From Nitrosopumilus sp. (lineage in GTDB: Archaea > Thermoproteota > Nitrososphaeria > Nitrososphaerales > Nitrosopumilaceae), in contig OY759726.1 in assembly GCA_963662625.1 (NCBI GenBank), forward strand, positions 128,001 through 192,000: a stretch of 64,000 nt of DNA. Reading direction: 5' to 3'. The position numbers and the translations under genes are program-made. The number at the start of each line of letters is the position of its first letter. Position 1 is the first letter of the stretch. The notes below the pieces were generated by a model. That model saw nothing but the letters and a program-made list of their open reading frames with translations. It was not told the origin of the DNA and did not search any database. Below are positions 25,976 to 35,033 of the stretch, one piece after another.

Positions 25976-27762
25976 CCCGTGTCTCCCCCAGCCCCGGCAA
26001 GGCCGTTCAGGAAGTCACTTATTCGCGCGTTGGCGTCGGGAAGATGCACCGGGATTGGAAGGCCGTCTATTCCGGTAGCGCTGTGGCTTATGAGCAGCCA
26101 CTGGCCCACGCCAAACCGCAGCGATTCCTGCAACGTTTCGTCAGATAGCCCGAATGCCTCCTGTATTTTTTCCCTGTCCGATGCCCGCGGGAGCTTGCTC
26201 ACAAAGTACGTGTGCGGCTGCCCGAGTATGTTGGTGTCCAGGTACACTATCCTCTGGGTGGCTATCCCTATGCCCAGGCCGTACTTTCTCCCACGTCTCG
26301 CGAGCTGCTCCCCCATATGCTTTGATTCCTTCATCCCGGGCTGTTTGTCATCCTGCGCGATGAATTGGTCAGCCTCGTCGTAGATGAACGAGACGGGCGG
26401 CGATATGATCCCTCCCTCCCTTCTTGAGCGGAGCATACGCATTCCAAGCGTGTTTGAGAATTCCCTGACCTTCACGTCGTCTGTGTCCTGTATGATGTAA
26501 AGCGAGCTGGTTGAATCCCGGTTGAGATCCATAACCATGTCGCCGCCTGAGATCTTGTATTTTTGATCCACCTTCTCAACGTTTGAGAGCGTCTTCTTGG
26601 TGTCATTCAGCTTCAAAATAACCCTGAGCCTTAGGTTGTCTGCCTTTGCATGCGAACTCTGGGTAAAGTCATGGCTGTCCAGTTTTGTGATCAGGGTCTC
26701 TATGTCACTGACGGTGCATTTCCTACGGCCGCATCCATCCAGTATTGAAATGAGTTCCCGCGAGGCAGCTGATGTGTCTGCTGAGTCGACGATGTCCCGG
26801 AGCAGTTTTGCAATAGTCTGATCGTCTGGAATCAACACTTTGATCTTTCCACCCATCAGCATGCTTTTGACTGGCTTGTGGAACATCTCTCGTTTGCCAG
26901 CAAGCATCTTTGGGAGTACCGTGGTCTTCACTATGTCCATGGCTGCAGTGTCTGCATTGCTCGCAGATGCGTCACCCCAGAAACGATGCACGGAGCTTGG
27001 GACTGCATCGTATGAAAGAAACACGATGTACGCGTCATCGCTGCCGTACAGTACGTCTGCGAGCAGTATGCCGTATTCCCCCATGAGATCGTAGATCACG
27101 GCCTTGACGGAACCGCGGCTTTCAAATATCTTGGACGTGACTGTGCTCAGAAGGTTTGACTTGCCGGCATTGGTGTATGCGAACACCCCAAAGTGCGTCC
27201 GTATCATGCTGTCCCACAGCGCGAGTATCTCGACGTCTTTCATGTTTGCGAGGGTTCCGAGCACTACGGTGCCGTCCTGACCCTGTAGGTCATGGTTTAT
27301 GATCCTACGCGTCCACTCGGAGTTGAGCAGCCTGGCCCGCTCGCCAGGCATGGGGATGTTGGTCTCTGGTGCCATCTCGGGCTCTCTGCCGTCCATGGAG
27401 CGAGGCCTTGTCACCTCAAACCTGCTTGGCACTGCATCGCACACTATCTTGGTTGTGTCCTCGACCGGCTTGTTCTGGTTCCAGTCCTTGGATGCGCTCA
27501 TTGCGGCTTCTTCCACGAATCCCGGATACCCGTCCATGCTTGCCATCATGGCATAGTGTGTGGGCATTACAGACGTTATCCTCATCACGCTGTAGTGGTC
27601 GACGTCTTTGTTGCTTGAAAAGTTCCTCACGGCCACCAGCGACCCTTCCCGGATCGCATTCATGTGGGAACGCACGAAAGGAAACCAGATCGTAAACCCC
27701 ATGCTTGTCTGGCTTGACTTTCTCATGTCCATCAGCGTTCCTGATATTCCATCTTCAAACAA
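25972..27762 (-). CDS. herA: HerA-family ATPase/helicase
   Basis: N-terminal barrel; HFGVFAYTNAGKS; YDLMGEY; DEADQF; ARRGRKYGLGIGIATQR. Confidence 0.88.
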   Translation of the reverse strand: MFEDGISGTLMDMRKSSQTSMGFTIWFPFVRSHMNAIREGSLVAVRNFSSNKDVDHYSVMRITSVMPTHYAMMASMDGYPGFVEEAAMSASKDWNQNKPVEDTTKIVCDAVPSRFEVTRPRSMDGREPEMAPETNIPMPGERARLLNSEWTRRIINHDLQGQDGTVVLGTLANMKDVEILALWDSMIRTHFGVFAYTNAGKSNLLSTVTSKIFESRGSVKAVIYDLMGEYGILLADVLYGSDDAYIVFLSYDAVPSSVHRFWGDASASNADTAAMDIVKTTVLPKMLAGKREMFHKPVKSMLMGGKIKVLIPDDQTIAKLLRDIVDSADTSAASRELISILDGCGRRKCTVSDIETLITKLDSHDFTQSSHAKADNLRLRVILKLNDTKKTLSNVEKVDQKYKISGGDMVMDLNRDSTSSLYIIQDTDDVKVREFSNTLGMRMLRSRREGGIISPPVSFIYDEADQFIAQDDKQPGMKESKHMGEQLARRGRKYGLGIGIATQRIVYLDTNILGQPHTYFVSKLPRASDREKIQEAFGLSDETLQESLRFGVGQWLLISHSATGIDGLPIPVHLPDANARISDFLNGLAGAGGDTG

Positions 27763-27768
27763 TTGAAA

Positions 27769-29592
27769 CTACCTCCCAAAATTGCGCCTTATTTCCCTTA
27801 ATGTGTTTATCAGCGGCCGCGATCGGAACTTTATCTCGGAGCTATCGAGCAGTTTTCTCACGCTGTCCCTCATGGACTTTGCCCCCTGGTCTGCCTTGTG
27901 GAGGGGGTCGGGATACCCTATCATCTCCGAGAAGTGGTTTTTCGTGAGCGTGTCAAGCAGGAAATAAGTCACCAGTTGTCCCCTGTTTGTAGTCTTGTTT
28001 GACTGGTAGAAGAACGGCCTCATCTCGCCGGTGCTGGCGTCACTGATCTCGATCCGTTCTGACTCCCCGTCCCATTCCGGAAATGCGAGCCTGTCTATGA
28101 ATATGGCGTGGCCGGTAAGCGGGGACTCGGCACTGCGCCTGGTGTAAAACTGCGCTATGGATCTCAGGAACAGGCATTCCGGCCTGGCTATCCCCCCAAA
28201 CGTGCCGCCAAACTCCTCCTTCCCGCCTCGCTCCTCAACGCGCAGTGTCATGAATGTGGAGTCAAACTCTATCGTGCCCCATGGGCTGTTCAGCCCGTCG
28301 TCTATGTACGGAAGCATCTCGCAGAATACGCGGTCTGTAGGGGGCAGCACTCCGAATGTTTTGCCTGACAATTGCCTGTATTTTCCAAAATGCCGGCACA
28401 CGCCAATGTAGTTTTTTGTCAGGTATGCAGATGCCGAGTCTTTTGCTATCCCGGTCAGCAGTATCTTCCTTGACCAGCATTCTTCTATCAGTGCCCGCAG
28501 CCCTACAGCGATGAGGAACCTCACGTCGTCGGGCGACATCCATTTTGCCACTTTCCTGCCCGCGTCAACCGCCTCGTATTTGAGAGCGTTCTCCCTCTTG
28601 TCGAGGAATATGGCCTTGCAGATTCCCTGGAACATGGACTTTGTCTTCTCCCAGCTCTTGTACGGTTCAATCTTTTGGGTTATGTCGCCAGACGGTCCGA
28701 GCTCCACTATTCCGTTCCCCGCCAGCCCCCGAACCACGCGCTCGAGCCTCTCGCGCCTTATTCCTGTTTCGGATGAGATGTCTTCCATGCGGATGGCCCC
28801 TGGTCCTTTCTCGTGCAGGAACCGCATGACTGATGACCTTTCCGTGAATTTCTTCGTGCTTGGGATCCCCAGTTCAGAGTTGAATGGGTGGGCCTGGGCT
28901 ACAATTACGTCCTGCTTGCTAAACACCATGCCATCAGACATCGCGCAACCCACAAGTCGAACCTTGTCTGCGCCAAAGTCAGTGTAGCCCAGCATGCCGC
29001 TCAGGCTGTTGTCTATCAATATTATGTCCGGGCGGTCCAGGTTTGAACTCGTGGCCGAATTGTACGCAAGGAAGATCTCGGCAAGCTGCATCATCGGGAG
29101 GTGCATGCTCGTAAGCTCTATCTTGTCTGACTCGGATACCGCGAACATGTTTGCCTCCCTGCCGTCGTTTACCTCCAGTATCCTGCTGTATGGAATTGGC
29201 ACGAATGCGACCATGCTCACGTCCTTTTCTATCTCCCACCGCCTGTATTCCACAGTCGCCTCCCCGCCAGACAGGGACAGCACCCCCTTTGCGCCATATG
29301 CCCCCCCGTAAAACGAGATGAACTCCCCCGAGCTGTGCTTGTGGCAGCTCCCATCCACCGCAACAAAGTTCAGCTCGCGTTTCCCAAAAAAGCCCTCGGT
29401 CTCGTCTGCCACCATGTTAACAAATTCCCTGTCCGCGAGCCTTCCTCCCATGTTAACTGTCAGGTCCCTGAAAAAATCATTGTAAAACTCCCTTGCGTTT
29501 GATGAGCCAAGCCGCACGGTTTCCTCATATTCGTCCTGGGCCTGATCCAAGCTTCTCTTGTATGACGAATAAATCTCGGAGATCCGCCCCAT
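27769..29592 (-). CDS. nurA: NurA-family nuclease with HTH-like insert
   Basis: FVAVDGS, ILIDNSL, GIAKDS, GYPDPLHKAD; adjacent to HerA. Confidence 0.85.
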   Translation of the reverse strand: MGRISEIYSSYKRSLDQAQDEYEETVRLGSSNAREFYNDFFRDLTVNMGGRLADREFVNMVADETEGFFGKRELNFVAVDGSCHKHSSGEFISFYGGAYGAKGVLSLSGGEATVEYRRWEIEKDVSMVAFVPIPYSRILEVNDGREANMFAVSESDKIELTSMHLPMMQLAEIFLAYNSATSSNLDRPDIILIDNSLSGMLGYTDFGADKVRLVGCAMSDGMVFSKQDVIVAQAHPFNSELGIPSTKKFTERSSVMRFLHEKGPGAIRMEDISSETGIRRERLERVVRGLAGNGIVELGPSGDITQKIEPYKSWEKTKSMFQGICKAIFLDKRENALKYEAVDAGRKVAKWMSPDDVRFLIAVGLRALIEECWSRKILLTGIAKDSASAYLTKNYIGVCRHFGKYRQLSGKTFGVLPPTDRVFCEMLPYIDDGLNSPWGTIEFDSTFMTLRVEERGGKEEFGGTFGGIARPECLFLRSIAQFYTRRSAESPLTGHAIFIDRLAFPEWDGESERIEISDASTGEMRPFFYQSNKTTNRGQLVTYFLLDTLTKNHFSEMIGYPDPLHKADQGAKSMRDSVRKLLDSSEIKFRSRPLINTLREIRRNFGR

Positions 29593-29623
29593 CGGGGTTA
29601 GTCCGCAGGCCTCGTATTAAAGA

Positions 29624-30613
29624 TCATTCGTCTGAGCGTTCCAAGCATCTTCTCATCCTAGCTCCCAGGATCATGGCGAAGAGGGGTGGCATGGCGTTGC
29701 CTATCTGTTTCATCTTGCTGTATTTGGAACCGGAAAACCCAAACCAGTCTGGAAACCCCTGCAGCCTGGCGGCCTCCCTGACAAAAAGTGTGCGCCTCCT
29801 TCCGTCACGGGTCCGGATCCGGTGCATGTCGCTTGAGTGCCCTCCCAGGTTTCTGCATGTCAGTGTCCGCGCTGGTCTGCCACGATCCAGGTCGCGTGCC
29901 CGGCGACATTGGGATGCCATTTCGTATGCCGATATGTATCGGTCCATCTCGGGCGTCAGGTATGACGGTTCCTCCCTCTCCGCTCTGGGGATGTTTTTCA
30001 GCGCCTCCCCGGCGGTCACCTGTACCCCGAGCCCGGACGGGGGCAGGTATCCACCGTGATGCCCTATTGCAATCACGCGTTCCCGGCTTTGCGGAACCCC
30101 GTAATCAGAGCAGTTTGCGACCGACACGTCCACAGAGTACCCGAGTTTTTCGAGCCTTTTCATCGATGATGTGAAATAGTCCCTGTTTCTGTACAGCATC
30201 CCGCGCACGTTCTCAAAGACCCACATCCTGGGCTTGAGTTGTTTCACGGCCGCTACGAATGAGGGAATTCCATTCCTGTCGTCCATCGGGCCCATCTGCT
30301 TGCCGCGCACGCTGAATGGCTGGCACGGGGGTCCGCCTGCCACTATGTCTGCGTATGGAAAGTCGTACCCCGGAGTGATGGATCCGTTCACGCAGGTTCC
30401 CCTCAGGTTGGAATTATATGTGGCGCAGCAGTCCGGGTTGCTGTCTATTCCGATCACCTTGAAACCTGCCGCCTCCAGTCCCAGGGACAGCCCGCCTGCG
30501 CCGGAATATATGTCAAGCACCGCGTATCTTGGGTTTTTTTTTGGCCTCAGAATTTTATCCAGTTCCGCCGCATAGTTTTTCTTGAGTGCGCACGGGTCGA
30601 TCAAGGTTTGCAA
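29624..30613 (-). CDS. dcm: C5-cytosine DNA methyltransferase
   Basis: YSGAGG, GGPPCQPFS, ENV, PQSRER, EAARLQGFPD, QIGNA. Confidence 0.95.
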   Translation of the reverse strand: MQTLIDPCALKKNYAAELDKILRPKKNPRYAVLDIYSGAGGLSLGLEAAGFKVIGIDSNPDCCATYNSNLRGTCVNGSITPGYDFPYADIVAGGPPCQPFSVRGKQMGPMDDRNGIPSFVAAVKQLKPRMWVFENVRGMLYRNRDYFTSSMKRLEKLGYSVDVSVANCSDYGVPQSRERVIAIGHHGGYLPPSGLGVQVTAGEALKNIPRAEREEPSYLTPEMDRYISAYEMASQCRRARDLDRGRPARTLTCRNLGGHSSDMHRIRTRDGRRRTLFVREAARLQGFPDWFGFSGSKYSKMKQIGNAMPPLFAMILGARMRRCLERSDE

Positions 30614-30911
30614 TACATCTCATCTCAACAAAAAATAATTTATTAGTATTCTTTAAAAGCAGGACAGGGGGAGTCTACGGCACATAATTCCCCGTGGGGC
30701 AGTCTGGCAGATCGGGATCTAAACGCCAACACCAAGCACGCCGGCCCCGCAGAAACTAGCCTTCAAGCACAGGAACCACGGAAGGCACTTTCTTGCAGAT
30801 AGGCACCGGGTGTGACGCCATACTTGTGATTATCCATGTCGTGATGGAGTGGATGGGGCACACACAGCCCATGTGGAAAAAATCAAATAACAATGGAGGA
30901 TAGGTTGGGTA

Positions 30912-31535
30912 TTGGCCACCATCTTTATTTCGCATAGCAGGAAAGATGAGGAGCTAGTGCGCGCAGTGAAAAAAGCATTGGAGAATGTGGGACACACTCC
31001 AGTGATTGAAGAGTTGATTCCAACCGAAGAACAGGAAGCGGTACCATACGAAGAGATTCAAACAAACGTGAAAGAAAGCGAATTTCTTTTTCTGTTTTTG
31101 ACTGATAACGTGGTGGCCACGGAGTTTACGCAGAATTGGGTGTGCCACGAAGCAGGACTGGCAGCGGCGTACTCGAAAAGACTTTTTGTGTTTGAGAGGG
31201 CTGGAACCCCAATAAAATTCCCAATTCCATATCTTACGGATTATGCATTGTTTGACCCAGAGGACCCAGAAGATATATTGGGACTGCAAAACCTTGCCAA
31301 GGATTTGGGGAAACTTAGACGCGATCTCCTGACTGCAGGCGGTGGGGCGGCGTTGGGGGCAACGTTGGGGCCGGTTGGGATGGTGTTGGGGGCAGTGGGG
31401 GGTTATCTGATAGGCCCAAAGCCACCAAAGCCACTTACTGTAAAATGCGATCACTGCAATGTTGGTTTCAATTACTATTCTATAGAAAAAGCATTCAGGT
31501 GCCCGTCTTGTAGAAGAGACATCGTCCTGGGGTGA
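30912..31535 (+). CDS. TIR-domain protein with glycine-zipper segment and C-terminal zinc ribbon
   Basis: IFISHSRKD...NWVCHEAGLA; GGGAALGATLGPVG..GAVGG; CDHC...CPSC. Confidence 0.85.
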   Translation: MATIFISHSRKDEELVRAVKKALENVGHTPVIEELIPTEEQEAVPYEEIQTNVKESEFLFLFLTDNVVATEFTQNWVCHEAGLAAAYSKRLFVFERAGTPIKFPIPYLTDYALFDPEDPEDILGLQNLAKDLGKLRRDLLTAGGGAALGATLGPVGMVLGAVGGYLIGPKPPKPLTVKCDHCNVGFNYYSIEKAFRCPSCRRDIVLG

Positions 31536-31539
31536 CAAT

Positions 31540-31842
31540 GTGGAAACGGTGACCCGGCGTGAATATGCTCATGATGCTGAACTCGTGTTTGCCATACTTC
31601 TACCCATCCTCAGCAAGCTCTATGATATAAAAAATATCCACAAAAAGATCAAATGTGTGGAGGTGTCTTCTGGTGCGTCCTTGTTTTCTTTTGGGGAGAC
31701 GTTTGAGGTTTCTGTCGCTGCGAATGATGGTGGTTCTGTTGTCAGGGTGAGGGCAAAATCAAAAGTCCGCTGGAACGTGACAAGCAACGTGGAAGGAAAA
31801 GCGGAAGAACTTCTTGATTTGCTAGGGAAAAATTTGGGTTAA
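31540..31842 (+). CDS. Small hypothetical protein, probably co-transcribed with the TIR gene
   Basis: Starts 4 nt after the TIR stop; same low GC. Confidence 0.7.
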   Translation: METVTRREYAHDAELVFAILLPILSKLYDIKNIHKKIKCVEVSSGASLFSFGETFEVSVAANDGGSVVRVRAKSKVRWNVTSNVEGKAEELLDLLGKNLG

Positions 31843-31862
31843 GCCCTGCCAAGAACGCTGTC

Positions 31863-32669
31863 CTACCCCGCGAGCCTCGACTCTATCGCCCGCTCGAACA
31901 CCCAGAACGGCTGCGCGCCGCTCACGATCTCCCACCCGGCGCCGTCGCTGCCTACCAGGAATCCAGGCGTGCCCGTGATCCCGTATTCTGAGCCGTCGGA
32001 ATAGTCGGCCATGACCTCCGCCTCCATCCCGGGGTCGTCGAGGCAGGAGGAGAACTCCCCCGCGTCAAGCCCCAGCGCCGCGGCGTAGCCAACCAGCGCC
32101 GCCCTGAGCCCGGGTCCCGCCGACGCCCACTCGGCCTGCGCCTCGAACAGCGCGTCGTGGTACTCCCAGAACGCGCCCTGCTCGTCGGCGCACTCGGCGG
32201 CGACGTGCGCGGGGAGCGCGGACTGGTGGAACCCGAGCGGAAAGTCGCGGTACACGAAGGACGCCTTGCCGGTGTCGACGTACCTGGCCTCGATGAGGGG
32301 GAGGGTCTCCTCGTAGAACCTCAGGCAGAACGGGCACTCAAAGTCGGAGAACTCGACGATGGTGACAGGGGCCCGGGGGTCGCCCTTGGCCGGGTCGTCG
32401 TCGACCGACACCGAGTCCGGGCCGGCGTGGTCGGTTCCGTCCCAGGCCGCCCCGGGCGGCGCGGCATCGTGGGCCCCGGCACGTCCCCCCCCGCCGGCGC
32501 CCCCATCACGGAACCCGTCGGGGAGGACGTACACCGGCGCCGGCTGCGCGCCGCCGTCCATGATGCCGCACGCGTGCGCCCCGGCCAGGAACGAGGCTGC
32601 GGAGGCAAGCGCCACCACGGCCCAGACGAGCCTCGGGGAGCCCCGGCACCCGCACTTTTCCCCGCTCAT
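31863..32669 (-). CDS. dsbA: DsbA-family thioredoxin
   Basis: EFSDFECPFC, YRDFPL, GITGTPGF, GAQPF; N-terminal TM segment. Confidence 0.92.
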   Translation of the reverse strand: MSGEKCGCRGSPRLVWAVVALASAASFLAGAHACGIMDGGAQPAPVYVLPDGFRDGGAGGGGRAGAHDAAPPGAAWDGTDHAGPDSVSVDDDPAKGDPRAPVTIVEFSDFECPFCLRFYEETLPLIEARYVDTGKASFVYRDFPLGFHQSALPAHVAAECADEQGAFWEYHDALFEAQAEWASAGPGLRAALVGYAAALGLDAGEFSSCLDDPGMEAEVMADYSDGSEYGITGTPGFLVGSDGAGWEIVSGAQPFWVFERAIESRLAG

Positions 32670-33688
32670 TCCCCGCCGCCCCCGCGGCCTTCCCCGGCGC
32701 CAGGCCGGCCGTCCCCCGCCGGGATCCCGCCGGCACTGCCGCCTGCCCCCTGCAGCCCGTCATCGGGGGCGCCGCCGACGCGTCCGCGGCCCCCTGGGGG
32801 TGGGGCGCCCCCTCCTTCTTCCCCTCCCCCGCGCCGCGGGCCAGGGCCGGGGACCCTTCCCGGGTTCCTCGCCGCCAGCATCTCCAGGCCAAGCGCGTTC
32901 GAGAACACGGGATCGTCGGGGACCGTTATCTCGGCGTCCATGATCCTCCCCATCGCCTCCCTGACCCCCGGGATCAGCGAGCCGCCACCCGCGAGGATTA
33001 TGGCGTCCCCGGCATGGTCCATCCTGGACGCCTCGTCGGCGACGTGCTCCGCCAGCAGCCTGGCCAGCTTGGCCACCATCCCGGGGTTCCCAGAAAACAG
33101 CGCCTCGTGGCCGACGTACGAGTCCCTCCCGCCGCCAAGCTGCGACGTCACGAACTCGCTTGCCTTCCTGATGGACCTCCCGTCGACCCTCCCGGGCCGG
33201 ATGGATATTATCTCAGTGGTGCCGTGGCCGATGTTCACGACCATCCCCTGCTTCATCCCGCAGTACACCAGGGTGCCGTACGCCTGGGGGAGTATCCGCA
33301 GGGTGGCGGGGCCAAGCCTCGAGGAGAACATCCTCTCCATCCTCTTCCTCTCGCCCCTGGCGTCGTAGGTGATCCCGACCGCCAGGTTGAGCGGCACGCC
33401 GGCGTCCCAGCCGACAGACTCCGCCGCCTTCATCGCCAGGGCCTCGTACCCACGGCCGTTGTGCGGCATCCCGTGCCTCACCGGCCTTATGAGTATGGCC
33501 CTGTCGCCGCCCCCCATCCGGATCGCCTCGGAACCTACGGCCTCGGCCAGCACGCTCTTCCCAGCCTCGTCCTCCACGGTCTTCCTCCCGTCGGAGTACA
33601 TGCAGGAATACAGCGAGGGGAACGACACCTTCCTCCCCCCGGACGCGACCTTGGTGAACCCGGTGCCGATGTCGATCCCCACGTCCAT
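32666..33688 (-). CDS. ParM/StbA-like actin-fold ATPase
   Basis: GIDIGTGFTK, VNIGHGTT, ILAGGGS, FSNALG; CTTAAAT box about 20 nt upstream. Confidence 0.85.
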   Translation of the reverse strand: MDVGIDIGTGFTKVASGGRKVSFPSLYSCMYSDGRKTVEDEAGKSVLAEAVGSEAIRMGGGDRAILIRPVRHGMPHNGRGYEALAMKAAESVGWDAGVPLNLAVGITYDARGERKRMERMFSSRLGPATLRILPQAYGTLVYCGMKQGMVVNIGHGTTEIISIRPGRVDGRSIRKASEFVTSQLGGGRDSYVGHEALFSGNPGMVAKLARLLAEHVADEASRMDHAGDAIILAGGGSLIPGVREAMGRIMDAEITVPDDPVFSNALGLEMLAARNPGRVPGPGPRRGGGEEGGGAPPPGGRGRVGGAPDDGLQGAGGSAGGIPAGDGRPGAGEGRGGGGE

Positions 33689-33707
33689 GCCGACCACCAC
33701 CCAGTGA

Positions 33708-35033
33708 TTATTTAAGGAGGGGGGCCTCAATCCCACTCCCAGCGCGCCCGGACCCGGCCAGGACGTACCGGCCAGGGCCGCGCCCCCGCCCGTCCCGCTC
33801 CAGGATCCCGGCGTGCAGCAGGGCCTCGATGCACGCCCTCCCCACCCTCACGTTGCCGGCGTGGCGACTCTCGGCCGGCGGGGGGACGTCGCCATCCGAG
33901 AACCGCCCCCCCGGCACGGCCCCCAGGAACCTCCCCAGCAGCGATCGCCGGTCGCCCGGCCTGCCAAGGTCGACCCTGAACTGCCTGCCGGACGGGGTGA
34001 TGATGAAGCAGCAGAACCCCCCGGACTTCCCCCGGTAGTACGCGTGGAGGTCCGGCGGAGGCCTCCCCCACGCCCCGGGCCAGGTCACGAAGGCCAGCGC
34101 GTGGCCGCCTGGGACGTTGGCCGAAAGGTCGGCCTCCCAGGTGTCGAAGAACCCGGACTGGTCGTCGCGAGACCACGACTCCTTGTGGTACACCGGGATG
34201 AGGACGTCCGACAGCGACGGCACGCCCCCCACCCTGGAGCGGGACTCGGAGACGTACTCCTTCCTGACGTCGAACCCGAGGTACCCCCTCCCCAGCGCCC
34301 TGGCGACCCTGGGCACCTGCCCGCTGCCGCACATGGGATCCATCACCATGTCGCCCTTCCCGCTGAACAGCGTGACCAGGCGGAACGGGATCTGCTCCGG
34401 GAAGGGACAGGGGTGGGAGACCGTCCCGGGCGGCACAGGGGCCACGTTCCACACGGAGTTTGCCACCTCCCTCTTCACCACGCGGTTGAGCGGGATCCTC
34501 CCGGACCTGCTCCTCCCCCCCTTCCCCTTCTGCAGCACCAGTATGTGCTCGTGCATCAGGTTGGCGCGAAAGTACCCTGGGTACGGGTTCTGGATGAACG
34601 AGCCGGCGCGGTTCCTGGAGCCGTGCCCTGTCCCCCCGACCTTGTTCCATATTATGGAGTCGCGCAGCACCCACCCGCCGTCCTCCTCGCCGCTCACCAG
34701 CCTGGCCAGCAGCATGGATGGGAGGGGGACGACCCTGCCGTCGGCGACCTCGTCGCCAACCACTATGCAGCACCTCCCGCCGGGCCTCGTGGCCCTGAAC
34801 ACCTGGGAGAACACCTCCTCCATGTCGTCCAGCCAGGACCCGGTGGTGGCCTTGCCGGCGCCCCTGTACCATCCCCCTCTCCCGGAGGCGTGGGCGTCAT
34901 AGTCTATGGCGTTGCGGTATGGCGGCGACGTGACGGTCAGGGCCACGGATCCGGGTCTGACCAGCCCGGAAAGGTCCCTGGCGTCGGCGCGGCGGATGGA
35001 GCCGCCTGGCCCCCGGCCCGGGGCGGCCGTCAC
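33708..35033 (-). CDS. N4-C/N6-A DNA methyltransferase (beta class), orphan
   Basis: TSPPY, HPCPFPE, DPMCGSG. Confidence 0.9.
   Translation of the reverse strand: MTAAPGRGPGGSIRRADARDLSGLVRPGSVALTVTSPPYRNAIDYDAHASGRGGWYRGAGKATTGSWLDDMEEVFSQVFRATRPGGRCCIVVGDEVADGRVVPLPSMLLARLVSGEEDGGWVLRDSIIWNKVGGTGHGSRNRAGSFIQNPYPGYFRANLMHEHILVLQKGKGGRSRSGRIPLNRVVKREVANSVWNVAPVPPGTVSHPCPFPEQIPFRLVTLFSGKGDMVMDPMCGSGQVPRVARALGRGYLGFDVRKEYVSESRSRVGGVPSLSDVLIPVYHKESWSRDDQSGFFDTWEADLSANVPGGHALAFVTWPGAWGRPPPDLHAYYRGKSGGFCCFIITPSGRQFRVDLGRPGDRRSLLGRFLGAVPGGRFSDGDVPPPAESRHAGNVRVGRACIEALLHAGILERDGRGRGPGRYVLAGSGRAGSGIEAPLLK

Noticed and set aside
22650-31862. att sites or an integrase bounding the low-GC defence island
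   Set aside because: No flanking direct repeat, tRNA or recombinase found by eye.
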